Below the pieces are notes generated by a model. That model was not told where the DNA came from. It saw only the letters and a list, made by a program, of their open reading frames with translations, and did no database searches. A stretch of DNA of 64,000 nucleotides from a virus, in the IMG/VR virus record IMGVR_UViG_3300025764_000004, positions 1 through 64,000 of that record. One strand, 5' to 3'. The position numbers and the translations under genes are program-made. Below are positions 36,059 to 44,920 of the stretch, one piece after another. Position 1 is the first letter of the stretch. Each line of letters begins with the position of its first letter.

Positions 36059-36685
36059 ATGTATGATCTGAAACAAATACGGTCAAGATTGGAGCAGCAA
36101 AAAGGAAGAAAATTCCAGTTAGAGCAAACTGTTATACTTTTGACTGAAGAAATAAAAGAGAAGAACAGGGATTTGCAACGTCATGAAGAAGCAAAAGAAA
36201 TTATACGAACTGTCGGATTAACTACTCAACAACAATTGCAATATAATATCAGCAATATAACTTCGCTTGCTATGGAAGCTGTTTTTACTGATCCTTATGA
36301 ATTGAAAGTAGAATTCATTCAACGTAGAAATAAAACAGAGTGTGATTTGTTATTTGTAAGAGATGAACAAGAAGTGAACCCTCTAGATGCTTCTGGCCTA
36401 GGTGCTGTAGATGTTGCTTCATTTGCTTTGAGAATTGCATCGTGGTCGATGTCCCAGCCTCATACAAGAAATGTGTTATTATTAGACGAGCCGTTTAAAC
36501 ATCTACGAGGAGAAGAAGAGAATGCAAGAGTGCTGCAAATGTTAAAAACAATCTCAAAGACATTACACGTTCAGATTATAATGATAGGGGATGTCAAAGT
36601 GCCTAAAGAAGTAATTGCAGAATATGCGGACCGTGTATTTGAAACAAGAATTAAAGGACGTGTTACAAAAATCTTACAATCATGA
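36059..36685 (+). CDS. sbcC: SbcC/Rad50 C-terminal half (signature + Walker B)
   Basis: ASGLG, FALRI, LLLDEPFKHL. Confidence 0.85.
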   Translation: MYDLKQIRSRLEQQKGRKFQLEQTVILLTEEIKEKNRDLQRHEEAKEIIRTVGLTTQQQLQYNISNITSLAMEAVFTDPYELKVEFIQRRNKTECDLLFVRDEQEVNPLDASGLGAVDVASFALRIASWSMSQPHTRNVLLLDEPFKHLRGEEENARVLQMLKTISKTLHVQIIMIGDVKVPKEVIAEYADRVFETRIKGRVTKILQS

Positions 36686-36851
36686 CTGTCCTTTATTTAA
36701 TTATAGACATTTTTTGTATTTCTATTTTTGTTTGGGTTTTGTGGCCTAACAAAAGAGATTTTCGTATATTTAAGATTTGGTATAAAAGAAACTTTAAATA
36801 AACCTGATTTAAGCTATTTACTCAGCCTACAAACAATTGAATTACAAAAAT

Positions 36852-36884
36852 AAGCCCCTTATATGCTTTAAATATAAGGGGCTT
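36852..36884. terminator. Bidirectional terminator where the two genome arms converge
   Basis: AAGCCCCTTATAT/ATATAAGGGGCTT. Confidence 0.8.
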
Positions 36885-36914
36885 TAAAATGCCTGAAAAT
36901 AGGCTTATTTAAAA

Positions 36915-37430
36915 CTATGCTATTCGAACCGGATTTACAAACCCTGTCAAATTTAGACCATTTGGATTAAACGGCAAATTTAACTTCCTGTATTTTTCAA
37001 GAACCGTAGTCCCCTCCCTACTTCCTGCCTTAGATGTATTCCCAGAAACAAAGTTAAATCCAACATCATCAAAAGTAGTAACAATTCCTTCATGCCCAGA
37101 TGATGAGTTCCCTTCTCTGAAGATAACTAATGCACCGACTACCGGATTTGTTTGTACATGAAACTCTTTGCTTTTCTGAAAATTAAAATAGGTATTTAAA
37201 GAACTTCCGTTTGCATATTTAAGAATCAATTTTGCTCCAACAGGATCACTACTTAAAAAAGCATCGTACCAAACAGCCTTTGCGAAGTATGCACACCAAG
37301 ATTGATTCTTTAGCCATCCTATTTTGATCATCCAGTTTTGAAACCAAGAATTTCGGAACCCTGAATTATTTGGTAATTCTTCTTGCCCTATATATTTTCT
37401 TGCAACTTCTACAATCAATTCACCTTTCAT
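36915..37430 (-). CDS. Endolysin, CHAP family
   Basis: SWCAYF, GHEGIV, SGNT. Confidence 0.8.
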   Translation of the reverse strand: MKGELIVEVARKYIGQEELPNNSGFRNSWFQNWMIKIGWLKNQSWCAYFAKAVWYDAFLSSDPVGAKLILKYANGSSLNTYFNFQKSKEFHVQTNPVVGALVIFREGNSSSGHEGIVTTFDDVGFNFVSGNTSKAGSREGTTVLEKYRKLNLPFNPNGLNLTGFVNPVRIA

Positions 37431-37444
37431 AACTTCTGATTATT

Positions 37445-37474
37445 AAAATCCGGCCATATTTCAGACCGGATTTT
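37445..37474 (-). terminator. Terminator-like hairpin
   Basis: AAAATCCGG/CCGGATTTT. Confidence 0.55.
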
Positions 37475-37479
37475 TGTTT

Positions 37480-37710
37480 TTAGGCTTTTGCTTCTGCAAC
37501 AGCAACAAGCGAATTGAATATTTCATCAATCACTTCGTAAACTACTGGCAAAGTTTCAGCCGGAATTTTTGCTTTCAATTTTTCCAGTAATAAGTTATCA
37601 ACTAACCTGATTGCCGGTCCGTCCAATGCTTCTGAAATACCTTTCAAGACGATTAAATCGTCAACCTTTTTCTCTTGTTCCTCGGTGAGGAATCCTTTAC
37701 GATCATCCAT
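37480..37710 (-). CDS. Hypothetical protein
   Basis: ORF track. Confidence 0.7.
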   Translation of the reverse strand: MDDRKGFLTEEQEKKVDDLIVLKGISEALDGPAIRLVDNLLLEKLKAKIPAETLPVVYEVIDEIFNSLVAVAEAKA

Positions 37711-37740
37711 GATTTTAATTTTAAATTGTTAAGAAACTAT

Positions 37741-38091
37741 TTATTTTTGCACAACCTCATTTGACGGTCGTGCTAGGATTTCTTTATTTGCTGTGGTCAT
37801 ATTTGCCACTTTCGCAGCACCGACACCAACACCTGCACCTAACACACCAAGTCCTGATAGAACACTCATTCCAATAGTTACCCAAAGCGGAACAGCTATG
37901 CCGCCAGATGCAATACTCGTTACCACAACCACTCCGACGCTACCAATGCCCCCGCAAATCCATGCTGCCACTTTTGCCCAGCCTTTGATACGTTCAAAGA
38001 ATGGCGGAGTTGTGGTTTGACCTCTATCCTTTGCATCATTAATAACCTCTTTTACGGTTACTATGTTCCCCTCAATTGTTTCTGTTGCCAT
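37741..38091 (-). CDS. Holin-like two-TM protein
   Basis: TPPFFERIK followed by two TM helices; near endolysin. Confidence 0.6.
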   Translation of the reverse strand: MATETIEGNIVTVKEVINDAKDRGQTTTPPFFERIKGWAKVAAWICGGIGSVGVVVVTSIASGGIAVPLWVTIGMSVLSGLGVLGAGVGVGAAKVANMTTANKEILARPSNEVVQK

Positions 38092-38231
38092 GATTTATAA
38101 TTTTAAAAATTTACGAATTTTTTGATATTGTTCAAATAATTTATATCTGCCTTTCATTGTTGTTAGTTTCAGCAAAAAAGGAGCTATGTTTAATTTCAAT
38201 GTGTATTTAGATAGATTCATTTTTTAATGTG

Positions 38232-38417
38232 CTATGCTTCAAAAAATACCGGCTCTGAATGTTGGTGCAAATCCCTGCCTATCAGTAATTTTATCATTCC
38301 TTTTTTCAGGGGAATGAAATTATATTTTACAGAACAGGCATGAGGACAATGAACCCGGCCAACATCCTGTTCGTAAATCCATTCATTGCCTTTTTTATCA
38401 ATTGCTAGATATGGCAT
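38232..38417 (-). CDS. Small phage protein (AIDKKGNEWIY...LIGR)
   Basis: ORF track. Confidence 0.55.
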   Translation of the reverse strand: MPYLAIDKKGNEWIYEQDVGRVHCPHACSVKYNFIPLKKGMIKLLIGRDLHQHSEPVFFEA

Positions 38418-38802
38418 TTTGTATCTTTCCGGTTTTCCAATTTGAGTAAAAATCAGGGATTGAAGGATACCTTCTCCATGCCTGTATTTTCAGTTCAACG
38501 GATACACATTTTTCATTCGGTTCAACTGTAATACTGTTCTTTCCTTCAGGTGTAGTTGTGCCTCCCGACCATGTTATTTTAATTGGATTTACTGCCACAT
38601 AATTACCAAGCGAATCGGTATATTGACCATTTATCTTCATCACCTTGTACTTTCCGTGCTGATACACTGTTTTCATAGTTTTCACTTTACACCAAGTTTC
38701 ATATTTGGCATATTCAGCCTTATCGGCCACTTTAAGGTAGCTTTGTGCTGAAGATGAACATACTAACAACAAGTAGAAAAAAATCAGAATTAGTGCTTTC
38801 AT
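38398..38802 (-). CDS. Secreted protein (signal peptide, Gln+1)
   Basis: MKALILIFFYLLLVCSSSA|Q. Confidence 0.7.
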   Translation of the reverse strand: MKALILIFFYLLLVCSSSAQSYLKVADKAEYAKYETWCKVKTMKTVYQHGKYKVMKINGQYTDSLGNYVAVNPIKITWSGGTTTPEGKNSITVEPNEKCVSVELKIQAWRRYPSIPDFYSNWKTGKIQNAISSN

Positions 38803-39194
38803 TTTGTTTCTTTTTTAATAAATACCATTGTCTCTTCGCCTAGCTTGTAAGCATTTTCAAAATACAATCGAACAGTATCAGTTTTCCAGATACATCGAAC
38901 TTCATGTTCATTGATAATTTTCAATATATATGGCCTGTCGAATGTTTGATCTGTAACAGGTAAGATGTAATCGGCTACAGAATTAAAATCCTTATCCGGA
39001 AGAAACCACGTACTGTAAATATTTGGAGCTGACCGTATATATTTATCATTGTACACCACAGAATATGAAACTCCATTGGAATAAACTGCACCGACAAGTT
39101 TATACCCAACCAGAACGCTATCTCTATCAGCTGTTTGATAAGTTGTCTTACAACCAAAAACCAAAATACATAATATAAACACTAATATTTTCAT
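38799..39194 (-). CDS. Lipoprotein
   Basis: MKILVFILCILVFG|C lipobox. Confidence 0.7.
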   Translation of the reverse strand: MKILVFILCILVFGCKTTYQTADRDSVLVGYKLVGAVYSNGVSYSVVYNDKYIRSAPNIYSTWFLPDKDFNSVADYILPVTDQTFDRPYILKIINEHEVRCIWKTDTVRLYFENAYKLGEETMVFIKKETK

Positions 39195-39201
39195 AATCTA
39201 T

Positions 39202-39612
39202 TTATTTTCCTAAAATATGAAATAACATAATCGAAATGAGTATTGCTATCAAACTTGAACCAATTGTTATCAATACTGTTTGACCATTCTTTGTTTTTTC
39301 AATAGAACTTATTCGTTTTTCGTGATCTTCAAGTCTAATAGATACGTTGTCTCGCAAATCCTTAATATCATCTTTTAAACCTTCCATTCGAGTTTTAAGT
39401 TCAATAAGAAGATCGTGATCGTCGGCATTTTTAATACTTAAAACCTTAACGGATACCGCAGCCGCTTCTGCAACTACTTTTGATGCCTGAGCAGCCGCTT
39501 CTGCAATAAGTTTGACAGCATCTGCCGCGGACTCTTTTATATCTTCTTTATGCTTCCCAAAACGGGCTAGTTCTTCTTCCCGTATCGCTTGTTGAGCTGT
39601 TTTTACTGCCAT
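39202..39612 (-). CDS. Coiled-coil protein with C-terminal TM (XhlA/lysis-associated-like)
   Basis: RLEDHEKRISSIE + TM. Confidence 0.6.
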   Translation of the reverse strand: MAVKTAQQAIREEELARFGKHKEDIKESAADAVKLIAEAAAQASKVVAEAAAVSVKVLSIKNADDHDLLIELKTRMEGLKDDIKDLRDNVSIRLEDHEKRISSIEKTKNGQTVLITIGSSLIAILISIMLFHILGK

Positions 39613-39651
39613 AATTTTAAAGAGTTAAGTTCCTGTTCTTATGCAGGATAG

Positions 39652-40407
39652 TTAATTTTCATAAACTTTTACAGACTTGATAATGAACTCTGTATTTTTA
39701 CTATTCTCTGGATGTGCTGCATTATTCAATAATAAATAATTTGGATATGTTGTAACAAATTCTGGATCTTTAGAAATAAAGTTTGCTGTTTTGATGTCAT
39801 CTACATAAAAGTTGTACCCGTTTGGAAGTAACTCGACGGCAAATTCATGCCAGTCATTATCACATTTGAAAATGTTCTTACCTATGCCAAACTTCCGGTA
39901 TATTAATTCTGCATAACCGTAATGAACTGTATGTCGGACTACATTTTTATTTCCCAGCAACATTACTTCCATAATATCAATCTCAGGAGTAATTTGCCCG
40001 CGAGTGTAACCCGGTTCATTCCGATCCTTTTTCAATAACCATATAGCAGGCCACGAATCACATATTTTTGCCGTGATTACCCAGATACCCATCGGATATA
40101 AAAATTTATCATAACTGTTAATCATACCCGTAGTCCAGTTGGTTGTACGTTTGCCTTGATAGGTTTCTCTTGTAGCAATATCTTTATAGCACACAATTTT
40201 GACACCTTCAGATGTAAGAGAGACAGCATCTTTGGAAAAATACACATCATTGTCATTATAAAATTCACCATCCTTAACATTGAAATTGTCAAGAGTTTTA
40301 AAATCATCTGAAAACACCAACTTGCGTGTACTGAAATCGACTCTTTTACAGTACTTTTTAAACAGCCAAAACCTGACTGAATAAAAAAGGTTTTGAATAA
40401 TTTCCAT
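39652..40407 (-). CDS. Glycoside hydrolase family 16
   Basis: VFSDDF, WPAIWL, catalytic EIDIME, WHEFAV. Confidence 0.85.
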   Translation of the reverse strand: MEIIQNLFYSVRFWLFKKYCKRVDFSTRKLVFSDDFKTLDNFNVKDGEFYNDNDVYFSKDAVSLTSEGVKIVCYKDIATRETYQGKRTTNWTTGMINSYDKFLYPMGIWVITAKICDSWPAIWLLKKDRNEPGYTRGQITPEIDIMEVMLLGNKNVVRHTVHYGYAELIYRKFGIGKNIFKCDNDWHEFAVELLPNGYNFYVDDIKTANFISKDPEFVTTYPNYLLLNNAAHPENSKNTEFIIKSVKVYEN

Positions 40408-40411
40408 CTTG

Positions 40412-41131
40412 TTAAGGAATTAATGATGTAGTTAAAAATGACGGTATCTGTGATGCACCGTTGATTGAATGTGATGCCATGTTTATTAATGTTAGATTGT
40501 AAGGGGAATGAATGTCAATATTATAAATTGATCCATCTGGTTGTGCTATAAATATTTGATCGTTGTATTGATATATTCCGTATGGCGAAGGACATTGTGC
40601 TGTAATATCAATATCAAGTTCCAAAGCACCGTCTGGATAACTGAATTGACTTATCCAACTTTGTGTGTAATCATCTTTCGTAAATGTTACAATAACTTTG
40701 TTGTTTGTAGTTAATATTATATCCCCGGCAATATGTCTTCCTGCCATTCCAGAACTAAAAGTTGCGGATATGGTTGCCAAAATTGTGGTTATGTCGTATT
40801 CAAGATAAGCCCCGCTAATAATTTTAGTGTCATTTTTTGCACCTAACCCAGCCGTAGGATAAACACCAGTTATTGATCTATTAAAAACAGCAGTAAATGG
40901 GTTGAATGTAATATTCCACTCACCTATACCTCCAGATGTATATAACCATAATTTATTGGCTGTGTGAGCAATATCAGAACTCAACCCAGTTATGCCTGGA
41001 ATTGATAAAAGTGTGGATATGTTAGTATCGTGATCATACAAATACACTTTGGCCGGATTTGAAGCATCGACAAGCAAAATACTTGATGCAGAAAGCATTG
41101 TCTGTTTTTTTGGTATAAATAGTATTTTCAT
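40412..41131 (-). CDS. Beta-propeller-like tail-associated protein
   Basis: Beta-rich repeats (SDIA, GDI, PYGI); position. Confidence 0.55.
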   Translation of the reverse strand: MKILFIPKKQTMLSASSILLVDASNPAKVYLYDHDTNISTLLSIPGITGLSSDIAHTANKLWLYTSGGIGEWNITFNPFTAVFNRSITGVYPTAGLGAKNDTKIISGAYLEYDITTILATISATFSSGMAGRHIAGDIILTTNNKVIVTFTKDDYTQSWISQFSYPDGALELDIDITAQCPSPYGIYQYNDQIFIAQPDGSIYNIDIHSPYNLTLINMASHSINGASQIPSFLTTSLIP

Positions 41132-42099
41132 GTCCGTTGTATTCTTAATTTACCTCTAATCAATGTTGGTGCACCTGAAGAACCCGTAGTCACACAAAGC
41201 CAAACACGGTCGTCGGCAACTACCGTATTGGCTCCCGTGGCTGTATTTGTTGTATTGGTTGTGTCAACTGTTACTGATGAAACAGAAGTCAAGGCAGTTG
41301 AACCAATCTTGATAGCTACTCCCGTTAATGTGCCCGTATCAGTTTCTAATATTGCTGAAATAATAGTATAAGGGAATGTTGCTTTTGGGTCAAGCAGATA
41401 GTCTTTTGCCGTTCCTGCAACCACGTCCTGATAATCAAAAGTTATGTCTTCTGTCCAGTCGCCAATAGCTAGGCCAGCACTACCACCGCGCCACAACCCT
41501 GCAAAATCAGAAGCAATAGGTGTATCTATCTTTGTAGGGGATTTCAAAATAGCCATAAAAGCTAAATCCTCGTCATTAGTCGTTGTGAAATCTGTTCCTG
41601 TGTCGTCTGAGGCATAGGCGATGTAAATGTAAGGGGCTTGTTTTACTTCAATGTATTGTATGAAATTAGGCTCTCTATTTACTGCATTTCCACTATACTG
41701 CATGGTTCCTGTCAACAATATACAACCAAGTGTGGCAGGCGATATGGTAATTTCATCCCATTGTGATAAAAAGTCACCTAATACATATTCATCTACCCCA
41801 ACAAACAAAACAGCATCTACATCAAATTCAGACAACTGTTCATATATGGTTAAATTATCAGGACATTTATATGCAAATGGAATAAGATCAATAAAATTTA
41901 AAAAAATAGCAAAAGGCACATGATAAGTAATAAGAGCATCACTTGCAGGAATGTTATTTATTATTGTAGTATTTTTTATTACATTTGTAGCATTGTCAAC
42001 ATTAGAGATAGTACTCCCTCTTTGATAGTTATATGAAGATACAATATTCCCTTTTGGATCCTTCTTACCTTTATATTGCCTAGTTACTGTTACATTCAT
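41128..42099 (-). CDS. Tail fibre/baseplate-associated protein
   Basis: YIYIAYASDDTGTDF motif; Thr-rich C-terminal domain. Confidence 0.65.
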   Translation of the reverse strand: MNVTVTRQYKGKKDPKGNIVSSYNYQRGSTISNVDNATNVIKNTTIINNIPASDALITYHVPFAIFLNFIDLIPFAYKCPDNLTIYEQLSEFDVDAVLFVGVDEYVLGDFLSQWDEITISPATLGCILLTGTMQYSGNAVNREPNFIQYIEVKQAPYIYIAYASDDTGTDFTTTNDEDLAFMAILKSPTKIDTPIASDFAGLWRGGSAGLAIGDWTEDITFDYQDVVAGTAKDYLLDPKATFPYTIISAILETDTGTLTGVAIKIGSTALTSVSSVTVDTTNTTNTATGANTVVADDRVWLCVTTGSSGAPTLIRGKLRIQRT

Positions 42100-42103
42100 T
42101 TTA

Positions 42104-42445
42104 TTAACTTTCTACTAAGGTGATATCTGTTACATTATCATATTCACTCAATTTAACTGTATATAAATCATTACAAACGTCCCAACTATACCCAACTGAA
42201 TAAAAAGGTTTATCTGACTGTTTGTCATTTGTAAACATGGCAAACGGTTTTAATGGTATTATACGTTTCACATCTGCCACAAGCTGTTGCCTTGTTTGAT
42301 TATATAATTGGAACTTCTGTTTCATCAAATGATCTACAATAGGGATGTAATCTCCTACTCCATCTTCTTCCTCTTTAGTGACTTCCCCGCCTGTAATAGC
42401 TGAGTTAAGTCTTATGCTTGTCGCCGTTGTTGTTGTTACTATCAT
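42104..42445 (-). CDS. Tail protein C-terminal fragment carrying the first strands of an FN3-like domain
   Basis: N-term VTTTTATSIRLNSAITGGEVT; see findings. Confidence 0.65.
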   Translation of the reverse strand: MIVTTTTATSIRLNSAITGGEVTKEEEDGVGDYIPIVDHLMKQKFQLYNQTRQQLVADVKRIIPLKPFAMFTNDKQSDKPFYSVGYSWDVCNDLYTVKLSEYDNVTDITLVES

Positions 42446-42457
42446 AGTTCCTAAAGT

Positions 42458-44917
42458 TTAAAAGTATCTACAAGCCCGAACACTCATATAGTTATTTATT
42501 CCCCAACGATCCACAAATTTACGATCTGTTGTCATGTCTGTTCTCCAATCAACAACCACCTCATGTTGAAAATTTACAGCCCAAGCCGTACCTACAACAT
42601 ATTCGGAAGAGGACCAGTACCAAAATTCACCTAAATCACGGAAATACAACACATATTTGTTATCATGAAAACTAGCTAATTCATCCCTACTAGGTAAAAA
42701 CCAATCGTGGTATTCTGTGTTTTCATTTGTAGGATCATTTAAAGCCATGATTGCACTTATGGCAAATTGGTTTTGATAGGTATTTGCAATCATAAGGGCT
42801 GTATTAGCTGCACCATCCCCAATGCCTTCCCCTCTACCTGTTGTACCTATTGGTGAACCTCCTGTTTTCCTGCCCCAAACAACTCCGGCCATTTCATCTC
42901 TATCTCGTACTATAATACCATGTATTTCACCAGAAACATACCCATCATCCCCTGATTCAAATATATACCCGATAAGACCTCCTTGCCAGTATGTTCCTAC
43001 TGTTAAATCAATTGTAGTTAAGGTTTTTACATCTCCATACACGGTTGTTCCTAAAGCATCCGTTGCATAAGCCCGATAATAATAAGAAGTTCCTTTTGTT
43101 AAATTTATCATTTGACTTGTAAACACACCATAGCCTGTGCCGTCTTCTGTGTATGAATCTGACAAAGTTGGTGTAGAAGAACTAGGACTCCAACAAATCC
43201 CCTTTGCAACTATTTCAGTTGCTCCTCCTGTTGTTCCCCAGCGTTCTGTTCTTTTTTGCATAACAGAACCCCGTAAAATGGCATTTTTATAATCTAATGT
43301 TTCTACATCATATAAGTCTAAACTAATATCAAGTTTATCCAAATATTTTGTATTTGTTACACCAGTTATTACATTTGGTTGATCTGTTCCTGTTACAGTA
43401 ACTACTATATCTCCAAACCAAGCATCATTAAAATGATCACCAACACCAATAGCATATCCTGTTTCATGGCCTATAAACAACACAAAAGACTGGTCGCCAA
43501 ATAAACCTTCTTTTACATCAGCTGTTCTCATATCTATCAAAACACCTATTGGTATGTCTATACTAACTTCGACTGATTTTGTAGCTTTGTCAAATGAAGA
43601 TCCGCTTATTTTAGTTGACTGATATCTTACACCGCTTATTGAACAATCATTAAGACTTGTAACATCTGTTCCTTGTTGTATGAAATCTTCATTTGGTAAT
43701 ACTTGTAAATACCATGTAAAATAAACATCAATGTCTTTTAAACCTGTGTACCCCGCACCACCATAACAGCATTTGAATTTAATATTTATCTGATCTTCTG
43801 CCGATATTATTGTTGTTTTAAATGAAAAATATAAACCACATTCAATAGGAACTTCTGCTCCGGTTTCTCTATTCCTGTGTATTGAATTTACAATATCACT
43901 TTTAGGCTTTCCTGCACTTATCCATGTTATAAAACTTGTTTGCAGAAACAGTATGTCCCTAAAATTAGGTACAGGAAATGTTGTGCCAGTATAATGTGAC
44001 ATTTCTAATGCACCATTAATTAAATTTAAAAACCTTTGATCATTTAACGTTATCTTAACAGTATTCATCCCCGGTTCAGCCCTCAACGTTTGTGTGCGTT
44101 CAGTAAATGCCGAATCATTAAGGTCTTCTACTGTGAATGTTTTATTTATAACTGTGCCTGCATCACTGGGGGTATATGTTGTGGCTGAATTGTACTCCAC
44201 ATAATCAATAGATTCGTTCCAAAGATCTTCATACCGTTCAATATACCAATAGCCTTGCCACCAATATATGTAACAGTTAAAAGTTTTCAGTATGCTGGTA
44301 AGTATTTCTAAACTTGTATTACGTTCAACATTGTCTGTCCAAAAGACTTCCGTAAAAAAGCCGTTCATGTTAAACAATGTCTGGTCAGCATCAGGTGTAT
44401 CCCCTTCAGCATGGATTACACAATTAACACGTATGTTGAACGTACTACCTGTTGAAAGTAGTATTTCATTTATAACGTTTATGAATGTACGGTTTTGTAA
44501 CGTGTCTATGCTTACAGGATGAATATTGTCAAGTTTCATCAAAAAATTACTTGCAACAAAATTAATGATTTGTCGGTGCAAATATTTCTGTGAAACAGGT
44601 TCACAATTCAAATACCCCTCAAAAGCTGTATAAGCAATAGGTGAGGAAAGTACAACCCTGATTTTATATTCGCGTTCCTCTGCCATCATTAAAGGCAGTA
44701 GTTCAAAGTAATCGGTTTTTTCATTAACCAATGAAAATTCACATTGCAAAGGTATAATAGGGTTTTCCCAACTGTCAAATTTATAGGAGATCTTCAAACT
44801 ATCCTTTATCATCTTCAGTTTAGAAGCTGATCCTGAATAATCTAATTTGTCAATGTATAGTGTACCTTTAACACCTAATGATTGAAACCCTAAATAATAT
44901 ATATTACCGTATGCCAT
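42458..44917 (-). CDS. Tail tip/hub protein fused to a partial FN3 domain and DUF1566 (CLec-like)
   Basis: Follows the tape measure gene; KGICWS...YYYRAYAT; WFLPSRDEL, YWSSSE, VRACRYF. Confidence 0.75.
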   Translation of the reverse strand: MAYGNIYYLGFQSLGVKGTLYIDKLDYSGSASKLKMIKDSLKISYKFDSWENPIIPLQCEFSLVNEKTDYFELLPLMMAEEREYKIRVVLSSPIAYTAFEGYLNCEPVSQKYLHRQIINFVASNFLMKLDNIHPVSIDTLQNRTFINVINEILLSTGSTFNIRVNCVIHAEGDTPDADQTLFNMNGFFTEVFWTDNVERNTSLEILTSILKTFNCYIYWWQGYWYIERYEDLWNESIDYVEYNSATTYTPSDAGTVINKTFTVEDLNDSAFTERTQTLRAEPGMNTVKITLNDQRFLNLINGALEMSHYTGTTFPVPNFRDILFLQTSFITWISAGKPKSDIVNSIHRNRETGAEVPIECGLYFSFKTTIISAEDQINIKFKCCYGGAGYTGLKDIDVYFTWYLQVLPNEDFIQQGTDVTSLNDCSISGVRYQSTKISGSSFDKATKSVEVSIDIPIGVLIDMRTADVKEGLFGDQSFVLFIGHETGYAIGVGDHFNDAWFGDIVVTVTGTDQPNVITGVTNTKYLDKLDISLDLYDVETLDYKNAILRGSVMQKRTERWGTTGGATEIVAKGICWSPSSSTPTLSDSYTEDGTGYGVFTSQMINLTKGTSYYYRAYATDALGTTVYGDVKTLTTIDLTVGTYWQGGLIGYIFESGDDGYVSGEIHGIIVRDRDEMAGVVWGRKTGGSPIGTTGRGEGIGDGAANTALMIANTYQNQFAISAIMALNDPTNENTEYHDWFLPSRDELASFHDNKYVLYFRDLGEFWYWSSSEYVVGTAWAVNFQHEVVVDWRTDMTTDRKFVDRWGINNYMSVRACRYF

Positions 44918-44920
44918 AAT

